From Oopsacas minuta (lineage: Eukaryota; Animalia; Porifera), in assembly GCA_024704765.1 (NCBI GenBank), contig JAKMXF010000143.1, forward strand, positions 1 to 14,052: 14,052 nucleotides of DNA. Reading direction: 5' to 3'. Positions 1-8,957 of this stretch are shown one piece after another (within the stretch, counting starts at the first letter, position 1; each line of letters starts with the position of its first letter). Position numbers and translations under genes: made by a program. The notes under the pieces were generated by a model, which did no database searches, was not told the DNA's origin, and saw only the letters and a list, made by a program, of their open reading frames with translations.

Positions 1-130
1 AGCGATTATTAAGATATTATCATAATTAATTAACATTTTATTATTATTTATGCTTATAGCTAACGATGATAATATACGTAAATGGATAAAACTGCATGGA
101 TTGCGTATATTTTGCAGGACGTCACTCAAA

Positions 131-325
131 TGACATTGACTATATTTACCTTAGTTTAGATACAACTCTATATACTTTTTGCTAAGTGTCCTCTTTACCT
201 CACTATATATTTTCTTAGAATAAGACTTAAGTATTCGCAAATTCTAAGAAACTATATAGTGTGGTAAAGAGGACACTTAACAAAAAGTTTACTGACATTG
301 ACTATATTTACCTTAGTTTAGATAC
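131..325. repeat. Foldback (51-bp inverted repeat, 19-nt spacer) flanked by perfect 33-bp direct repeats
   Basis: tgacattgactatatttaccttagtttagatac at 131-163 and 293-325. Inverted arms 171-221 and 241-291 are 47/51 complementary. Confidence 0.92.
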
Positions 326-625
326 GTACTATTAAACCATGTTAGTCAACATTGTTCAGATAATAACCATGTTCTAATTGTATCTTTTCTAACCTCATTT
401 TTCGTAATAAATAAATTAAGAGCAAATAAATTATAAAATTACTAATTGCGCAAAATATCAAGAGTTGGAGGAATTCTGATAGTATATATGACTTTTACGG
501 GTTTATTGGAATTTGGTAGTAGATTTAGCCTGAACAAAGTTACATATCATCGTCAAATTGTTCCCTCAGGTATAATATTTTATAGCATCCATTTGCGAAT
601 GCCTGGGCACCGAAACTGACTTTTG

Positions 626-672
626 TCAGGGAGGATATACCTCATTAACTAAAAAGGGTATACCCTCCCTGA
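626..672. repeat. Hairpin, 16-bp stem with 1 mismatch and 15-nt loop
   Basis: tcagggaggatatacc (626-641) and ggtataccctccctga (657-672). Confidence 0.85.
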
Positions 673-1282
673 ATATCGATAATCGTTACAATTATAGTCA
701 AATAAAAAAAGCAAATTAATAAAAAATAACAAATTTCCCACACGATGATAATACATTATGAAATATCTCTAAAGATGATTGCGGAATCTTAAAATGACAA
801 TACATAGATATATTCAGGGTTACCACATAATGGTACGAGAAATCACAACAAAATATATTATCAGGGTATTTAAAATTAGGTATGTACAAGCGCTCTCCAT
901 GGTCTCAGCAAGTGAACTTTTATCATGACAATAAATTGATATTTGGCATGAAAATATATTTCGGGCATTCAATAAATCGAAGAGAAAGAATCTAAGATCA
1001 ATATTTGCACACTTTAGTGTTTCAAAGTTGGAGCATTATTTCCAACATATCAGCCTATTAAGCGATCAGATGACATCTATTGGAAACATTTGCATGGTAT
1101 ATTTGTAAATGTGGAATGTGATATTTGTGAAAATTGAGGTTAACATAGGTATATTTGATAATATCCAGAATTAATTATACGTCGAATCTACTACAATGCA
1201 TTACATATTAATCCCTGGTCAGAAAAAATGGTAGTTTCTTATATTTAGTAGTTCACGCATAAAGTGAATAAAATTCTCTCAC

Positions 1283-1499
1283 CCAATCCGACATTACCAG
1301 GAAAATTATTACTATCCATATAAGACAATTCAAAAATGAACTTTTCCACTAATTGTTCGGGCCATCCATCGAGTGGTAATTTCTTCTGCTCTAATAAGAT
1401 AGAAACAATCTTCTCATAAGTTCTTTTAGCTTGTTCTGCTTGGCTAGAGTAACTTGAACCAATGAATTTAACTGAGGATTTGAAATTATCGTGATTCAT
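1283..1499 (-). CDS. SEPSECS: O-phosphoseryl-tRNA(Sec) selenium transferase (SepSecS), first coding exon (about aa 1-72)
   Basis: Translation MNHDNF...LLEQKKLPLDGWPEQLVEKFIFELSYMDSNNFPGNVGLG(ER) matches the SepSecS N-terminus (human [42 protein letters not shown]). ATG is at 1499; the ORF-track start at 1514 is a TTG. Probable donor is G|GTGAGA at 1283/1282. The next expected motifs (HGIGRSGD, QPKAAGS) were not found in 1-1282. Confidence 0.88.
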
Positions 1500-2694
1500 T
1501 CTGAAAATAACCAACAGAAAAACAAAGAACTATGGAGAAATTTGTATTTAAGATATTAAAAGTGGTACTGCGGTAGGCTGATCAAACAGGATTAGTAAGG
1601 AAATAGCGCAACCACATTACAAAAATTGACTCAAAGAATGTGTAAGATAAGATTTCATTACAACATCCATTATACATATATCACAAGCCACTTCGCTTGC
1701 TCGCGCTCCGTGGCTTGGGAACGGAGTGTTCGCATGTAACTCAGCAGTTTCGCCTGGGATTTTATCATTAGAAAACAAATATTCACACAGGTGTACCTTC
1801 AAAGTGCGAAATTCGGAATCACTATGCTCGATTACCCCGAATAACCTTTGAAAAACTTTCTAAGACCATTTAGAAATTTGTTTACTATAATTAAAAAAAA
1901 ACAATATATTTGCATTTTATAATCTTGAAATGCGAAATCCGGATTCGCCCACTTTGTTACTTCAGTATTGCATATTGGCTTTAACATGATATGATTTCTA
2001 GACTCGTCCAAAGGCAACCAAAGCACACTCAGGCTATTGATCTGCATATCACTTCTAAAATTTAGAATATCGCCTCATTTCGAATACACGGGTATTTGAT
2101 TCAAATTGACTATTTATGGATGATTTTGGGAGCCAATTGTGTTAGAATGAGTATAGATTTGTTCTATTCATTTGAAAACCATTTACCAAACTGGAAAAAT
2201 TAACATAGTGTTCGTGAGATAAATCTGGAAAGTATATGAGTATGTTTACAAACTAAGAAAATGACCTTATCTGCATTCCATTGAACTATTTTTGCTGGTT
2301 TTCTATTAGCTATTTTACCTTACCAATACATGCTCCAATCTAACTACTCACAATGCAATAGTGTGGGATATATAAGTGGAAACTCAGATTTATCGAAAAT
2401 TTCACCATATTAGTAAATCATTTTATAACTCATGGGTTCCCAAAATTCATATATTATCAAACCATAAACGTTAAATGTTGTACATTTTAATGAAATAGCA
2501 CTAAACTGTATGAAGGTATAAAAGTACGTAAATTTCTGGTTTTCCAATCGATTTCTTTGCATCGTTTTACTATACTATACACACCTAACTTCAAACACAA
2601 TCGTGCTACGTACATCCCTAATTTCCCTAAAGTGCCTGTTATTACCTACTGTGTTATGTAATGCTAACTTGATTCCGAATTTCGTGATACAATA

Positions 2695-3015
2695 TACGTA
2701 TTACCTTAGGATATCCGAAAACCTTCGCCCTTGAATTTCAAGTTGGATATTCTGATAACTGAGATAGCAGATTTTGATATATGAAATTCACTGCTTGAGG
2801 AATACGAAAATGAGGATTTGGTAACTAGGAATATTTGACTGCATATTTTAAGAAATATGTGGTTAACATCACCACTATCTTAGTGAAAATATGTATTTCA
2901 AGTATCAAATGCTAAACCATCAGATAAAATTTGTCAATTCAAAAATTAGTCTCCTGGTATTCGGAGAACTCAGTTGTCAGATGATCGAGGTTCGGATAAT
3001 CGAGGGTATAGTGTA
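2695..3015. mobile_element. Degenerate pogo/Tigger-like MITE (~320 bp)
   Basis: Right TIR ttcggataatcgagggtatagtgTA (2991-3015) is of the TACAGT..ACCTCGATTATCCGAA type. The putative left TIR 2695-2719 matches at 17/25. Partial cggataatcgagg-like copies precede the right TIR. Confidence 0.5.
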
Positions 3016-3691
3016 CTGAGAAGTCCCTGAAAACATGGAACGCCGTCAAAGCTGGAAATTTAGCTATTTTCCTGGCAGATTCTTAGTAGGATACTGAATA
3101 TACAGTGGTACACCAATTTAGATTCCTTCCACTTGTCCCAAAGTAACCTGCTATTGTATTAGCAGTGAGGTATGTCTCTATGACCCCGGATAGCCTTAAG
3201 CTCCCAAATCATGATATTGGATATGTCCGTCAAGAAATACGTCATTTTTCGCCATGGCCCAGGCCATTTTTCAATATTTGTTAAAATTTCTTTGAAAATA
3301 CAATTTTCCTAAACAAGCCTAAAATATGCGAAAATTTCGCCCGTTGTTAGTGATATTCAAATGAAATTAGTGCATCCCCGTGACAAAAGTTGCAAGAATC
3401 TAACATTTTGAATGCGATAATTTTATCCTGCGTTTGTATCATAGATGTTGGGATTGATTAATCAATAATGAATTTAAAGGCAAATAATGAAAAATACAGT
3501 ATATGCGTATTAGATCTCTAAAAGAATCTTCACAAGAATTTCACAACTGATAATCACTTAACAAGTGCAAAATAATAATAGTTTTGGAATTATTGCCGCG
3601 GCAATCGTGGCATTTCCAACGCCACCATATTATAGTGCTTTACTTGACCACATGGTCATGTTTTCCTGTATCTAACAGGACCACTTTTATT

Positions 3692-6511
3692 CAGTGGCGT
3701 AAGAAACTTTAAATTTGGGAGGGCAACAGACCCTAAATGGTGGGGGCAATAAATCTTAGAAGGCAAAATGATCTAGAACATTTAGTAATGAAGCTAGGAT
3801 TACAAAAACTAGTATCTATTCCTAGTAGGTATCTAATCATCAAATCTAATATTAACTACAAGCATACTACTTCTTGACCATCTTTCGCATAACTTTTTCT
3901 ACTATAAGAGGAGTTTCTTGAAGCTTCTTTGTTATATCTGTTTCAAAAGAGAGTAGTGATAAATTGCACAATCTTGTTGTCAACATACTCGGTCGATGTG
4001 AACTGTGGATTAGATTCACAGTAGAGAATAGACGTTCAACGCATACTGTTGTGACTGGACAAACTACAAGAATATTTAACAATATTGAGATATTATCAAA
4101 TATGTTAGGATCGCAAATAGAAGTCAGGTCCAGCAAAGTTGGTGTCTCTACGAGGGAACATTAAGAAAATGCATTAAACATAATTGCTTCACTTTCGGGA
4201 ATGATTATATTGAATCGTTGAGTCAATTCACTTTCGCAGTAATTATTTCTATTTAGTATGTTATGAGTACAATGGAAAAAGCTCATACTATCTTCAGAAA
4301 ATCGACGATCAATCTCTCCTAATAAGTTTTCATATAAATCGTGCCAAATAATTTTCAAATCTTCAACAGAACGTACTGTCTTTGTATATCTAATATTACA
4401 ATCAAAGTAATCACCAAAACGTTGAGGAACATGTCGAACTCTTTCAGTTCTGGAATCCCAAGCTGTGATTTCGAATTTAAATGCAATTTCATCTGTCAAC
4501 TTGAAAACTTCAAAAAATATTCTTCACTTCTATCATAATTAGTAAGTCACGTAATCCATTAATAAATCCAACAACATTACCGAGTGCCAAAGATTGGCTC
4601 TGAAGAGTTTTTGTGCAGCATTCGGCTGCATCAAGTATCTTAGAAAGGGTGTTCAAAATGAATATAAATTTCTTAGAACGCAATGATGTAAAAGAGATTG
4701 TGCCTGGATTTGGATATCTGGAATAGCTTCCAATTCTTCTAGTGCTTCAATAATGCTAGGGAAGAGGATAGCAATTCTTTCTACTGTTAACGCATTAGAT
4801 GACCACCTAATATCTATCGGACGAGGAAGTGAGACCAACTGCTTCCTCAAACGATGTCTTTTCTGTGCTCGTTTTAAGATAGCGTTGCGTTTAGGGTATC
4901 GACAAAGGTCACAAGATTATTTGTCAAACTAAAAAACACCTTTAAATCTTCATCCTTAGTGGCAACATGCTGTAGTACGAGATTTAGTCTGTGAGAGTGA
5001 CAATGGACGTAACTAGCCCGAGTATATGTGCGCCTTAATATTGCCTGTACACCACCTCTATTCCCAGACATAACTGATGCACCATCAAACCCAAATCCGA
5101 CGCATTTATCTGGATCCAATTCCAATTGTTCAAGTATCAACAAAATTGAATTTGAAATACCTTCCGCAGTAAGATCTGACGAACCATCGACAAAACCAAC
5201 TGCCCTCTCATGAATGTCACCTTTATGGAGATAACGTAGGCAAACAGCTACTAACTCATTGCTACAAGAGTCTCTTGTCTCGTCTGCCAATATCGAATAA
5301 TAGCTATCCATTAATTCTATCTTAATTTCATGAACCAGAGCAATAGCAGCAGCTTGTAGGATATCATTTTGGATCTTGGGAGAGAGCATCTTGTATTTAG
5401 CATTTCTATAAGCCTTAGCGATATCTGGAGAATACTTTAAGATGAATTTATGCATTTCTAAAAATTCCCATATTATCACTACTATCTTTAGCACTTTGGG
5501 AATAATTTCCACAATGACCACGTATTGATAGGTTTTGTCCTACAAGGAATAATAAAAGATCTATGACAAAGTGAAAATGTTGCGTATTCAATAGGAGTCC
5601 CTTAATTTCTTGATGATGTATATCGCACATTTCGACAACACTGCCACCCAAAACAAGCTTCGTACACTTATAATCTTTGAACTTTACAATTGCGATGCTG
5701 TGTGAATTACTGCTATCATGTTTGGATAACTTTTCTCCTAGCTTTTTCCAATCATTAACACCCATTTCTAAAAAAGGTCCACAAAAACTTCCACGATAAT
5801 TGTTGACATCAAAATGTCGACATGGTTTGCAAAATACTCTGTCTACCTCCAAACTATATTCAAGCCAATCATATTTTCTCATCCATTGTAAGGAAAAGGA
5901 GCGTAGATGGCCACCAACAAGGCGAGTGGGAAATATGAACGAATCTGGGATACTCAATCTATCTGCATCCACAGAAGACAAATCCTTTGCTTTTGATAGA
6001 GTATTTGAAGTAGAAGAAGTATCTAAGGTTGTAACAGCTTGGGGTTCACCATGATCTTCCATAGAGGTACATTGTTCTTCACCAACAAAGGAATCAACAT
6101 TTTCAGATAGACATTTGAAAAAATAATCTAAATTCATGCTAATAAAAGATAGAAATTGGAATAAATATTCACTGAATCAAAACGTTTCATTCTTTGGAAA
6201 GGTTATGTTATGCGATAAAAGCCAGCGCGCGATTTATAAATAAAACTAAGTAAATGCTTATAGGTATATTAGAAATGAATGAAGCACTAGTAAAAATCCA
6301 TGACATTAGACTAGTTTGAAACTTTGAATGTGATGTTTATGGATGGAGAATATAGTAGTGACACATTTATTCAACAGATAATAATTTTAATGTTCCTATT
6401 TGTCATTACTATTCGCTTTGTGGAATAAATTATTTTCCAGAGATGGGGGGGGCAAGAATTGTAAAATGGGGGGGCAATGCTCCCCCCAGCCCCCCCACAG
6501 TTACGCCTATG
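3692..6511 (-). mobile_element. Full-length hAT DNA transposon (ZMYM1-like/DUF4371 transposase group), coding region disrupted
   Basis: Imperfect TIRs CAGTGGCGTAA (3692-3702) and reverse complement CATAGGCGTAA (6501-6511), 9/11 identical. G-rich subterminal motifs lie at both ends and a transposase lies inside. Flanking 8-mers cttttatt and cttcagtt match at only 5/8. Confidence 0.88.
3867..6137 (-). pseudogene. hAT transposase of about 750 aa, broken by about 5 frameshifts and one in-frame TAA
   Basis: Collinear ORF pieces: TTF-type zinc finger (W..KYDWLEYS..DRVFCKPC..F...KHDSS.SH), QNLSIRGH, LSPKIQND, ILADETRD, GFDGASVMSG, HCHSHRLNL, DIRWSS, EIDRRFS, and C-terminal dimerisation domain CPVTTVCVERLFS...RLCNLSLL. 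Confidence 0.92.
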
Positions 6512-7002
6512 CTTCAGTTGTTAAAATATATAGGCACCCACTTCAATACTGGGTCACAATACTAAAGTATAGTCGGCACAGTCAAAAGTAGAATTGAGAT
6601 TACAAGTTATAATATCAAGGATTATCGTACGATTTCCGGTCGATGCCTCCATTGATATAATTATTGGTAACTTCTCGTTGTTTGTTTAAAGATTTCACTA
6701 TATAATCTTAAAATATAACTTTGACACTGAGCTATGGCTGGTGAAAATTCCTTCAGACACATGACACATAACCGATACGCCTTAACAAATTCCTGGGGAG
6801 AACCCTGAAATGTATCCATCTTATACATATACGCAAAGCACTAAACCAATCGGAAAATAATCAAACCAAATGTCTATTACGCAGTTATGAGAAATTGTTT
6901 TAAGATTCACACCTAAGTGGACTGCCACTTACTGACAAAGGTAATTAATAATTAATGTAGTAGCTATTCTAGCTTATTGTCCACGAGCCAGGCCCGTCAC
7001 GA

Positions 7003-7356
7003 CTGGAAGATTTACAGCACCCCAGACCTCCAGCTGCAGTAGTGTCGTGCATGTGTGACTGGGCCCCCCTAAATATTCTCCGAGCTACACATCATTACTT
7101 GACCAGATAAAACAATTATCTGGTGCAATTGCAGACCAAACGTTATTGCTTTCAATTGTTTGGCTGTTGGACCTTACTGATTGTTTACAGCACTCATAGG
7201 CTATGAAATCTGGAGAGCACAATTCAATCTGGTAGGAAACATCTACAAATTGTTGACAACCAGATTGAATTTGTGCCCCAATAGATCAGAGCCACACGAC
7301 GCAACTGCCCAGGTGGATGGTTCTATCCAACTAAAAATTTATTGATCCGCCACTGG
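7003..7356. mobile_element. One terminus of a CAGTGGCGGATC-type hAT element, interrupted by the 7037-7307 MITE
   Basis: Ends in GATCCGCCACTG (7345-7356). Upstream ctggaagatttacagcaccccagacctccagctg resembles the 'cttacagcgctcccccagacccc' subterminal motif I recall from invertebrate hAT MITEs. Confidence 0.5.
7037..7307. mobile_element. 271-bp hAT-type MITE nested in another hAT end
   Basis: TIRs CAGTAGTGTCGTG and reverse complement CAGTTGCGTCGTG (11/13). Flanking 8-mers tccagctg (7029-7036) and cccaggtg (7308-7315) match at 6/8, consistent with a decayed 8-bp TSD. Confidence 0.65.
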
Positions 7357-7453
7357 GCATGCTCCTGCTAAACAGGTAAAACTCCTTGCCCATCGTTCTT
7401 CCCCTTGGGAACTTCGTGCCCCCCCCAGGTGAAAAATCCTGGTGACGTCCCTG

Positions 7454-8957
7454 CTCAGAAGATATTTCCCATCATCAAAGAGTGTATCATTGATATTAAG
7501 AATTGTGGTTTACGTGTAGAGATAATTTCAACTGAGAATTATCCTTTGAATATAAATTTTTTAAACTATTTTCTCTGAGTGGGAAATTGGAAACTAGGGT
7601 GCCTCACCCATTTGATCCTACTAGATTTCTCTTCCTCACATTAGATTTGGTTCATATTTTAAAAGTATACGTGTATTTCCCCAAATTTGAAGATTTTGAG
7701 ATTGATAAATGCCAGTACCCCCTTTCTCTCCATTCAGCATCTTTGAAAGAAGAAATTTAACGAAACTGGCTCCTCAGTTAACAGTGAAAGCTTGTTTTCC
7801 TTCTAGTACAGAAAACAGAATGTCAGATTGGTTCTGAAGGTTGTTAATGATCTAACATTATCAGCTCTTGAGATTCAAAATGAAAAACGTTGTAAATAAT
7901 ATCATGATAATACCTCAACGTTTGTAAGAATCCTTCTTACTCTGTAGAAATATTCGATGTTAGACACCCTTCAAAAGCATCCGTTTAAATTACAATCTTT
8001 CAACACACTTGATCTTACACGATGAGCGTTTCATATATTTTGGTCTTGTAGTGTATTGCCTAGATGCTTGGCAGTCCTTACCTGGAAAATCGGGTATATA
8101 GAGTAAGCAAACGTATACTAGTTTGAGACACACTTGTATTGCTTCAGAACAGATAACAATCGATCTGAGCCATGTGGATTTCGTATGTTTTGTCTGCATT
8201 TCGGCAACAGACGCATTGAAACATCATTTTGGACTCTATCGTATGATGGCTGGTTCGAATTATCATATTTCCTACATTCAAATTCTTGAATCCAAGCGTC
8301 GTTTTCAGCTCTCTAACATCCTAAAAAATGTTTTCTAACCAACAGGACTCTTCTCAATCCATACATACTTTTGTCAAATCTTTTACTTCACCCTTAATAA
8401 CTTCTAGTGATGACCAAATAGTTCTTGAGCCATATCTTGATGGGATTGGTGATATGATATCAATTGAATAAGCCCAGCAGATAATCCGGTAGTTAGCTTT
8501 TATCGGAGGATATTCGGTCTATGAATTCTTGAAAGGGCTTCAAGTGTGTAGATGTGCACTGATAAGCTAAATAATGATAAAGAATTTATTCCTGACAGTG
8601 ATTCAATTTCTCAATTCAATCTCTTGCAATTAGCAGATCGATGGGGGCTCAAGTATCCTTCTGAGCCCCTCCTTAGTTCTGTCATTACACTCTAGAGGTT
8701 TCTGTTTGCTATTGAGGACAATGATCATTTGGCGAATCTAGTTGTACACAATCCACTAGAATAATATTAGTTTAGCTCACATTGTTATATATGGAAGATG
8801 ATGCCAGTTTTTATATCTGGAATTTTACTAGATGGGATATCTTACGTAAACTTATTTTTACTACTGCTAATTGCTTTCTTGCCTACAAGATTAAGAACTA
8901 TAATTCACTTGTAACTTCTAGAGGTATAGAAAACGGAAACTGAATAAGTTCCCATGA
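7454..8957 (+). pseudogene. P-element/THAP9-like transposase pseudogene, 5'-truncated
   Basis: Reconstructed pieces in P-transposase order: CGLRVEIISTENYPLN, RVPHPFDPTRFLFLTLDLVHILK, KLAPQLTVKACFPSSTE(R)QNVRLVLK, SKQTYTSLRHTC, TDALKHHFGLYRMMAGSNYHIS, FIGGYS, DRWGLKYPS, and a KRKLNKF end. Multiple stops and frameshifts. THAP domain and first catalytic Asp region are absent. Confidence 0.85.

Larger units (their letters stand above)
6989..7453. mobile_element. Composite non-autonomous hAT: outer TIR pair enclosing other hAT ends
   Basis: CAGGCCCGTCAC (6989-7000) versus reverse complement CAGGGACGTCAC (7442-7453), 10/12 identical, with a C-rich subterminal tract near 7417-7427. No TSD (ccacgagc versus ctcagaag). 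Confidence 0.55.

Noticed and set aside
131-325. CRISPR-like array (33-bp direct repeats)
   Set aside because: Only two repeats, a 129-nt self-complementary spacer, no cas genes, and eukaryotic context.
881-1116. Plus-strand frame YVQALSMV..*Q*IDIWHENIF.. as a selenoprotein with in-frame TGA
   Set aside because: A TAA follows two codons after the TGA, no SECIS was recognised, and there is no family similarity.
1617-2047. Minus-strand ORFs 1617-1802 and 1832-2047
   Set aside because: Short, no similarity recognised, and they overlap repeat-like sequence.
2505-2545. Possible SL RNA (AG|GTATAA followed by Sm-like AATTTCTGG)
   Set aside because: Such short motifs are common in AT-rich DNA, and no supporting stem-loops or repeated copies are visible.
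3964-6054. Plus-strand ORFs 3964-4164, 4341-4538, 5028-5213 and 5800-6054
   Set aside because: Antisense shadows of the hAT transposase, with non-ATG starts in most cases and no motifs.
6400-6591. ORFs 6400-6591, 11564-11824, 11875-12087, 7990-8199 and 13691-13906
   Set aside because: They span transposon ends or lie antisense to transposase remnants, with no protein motifs.
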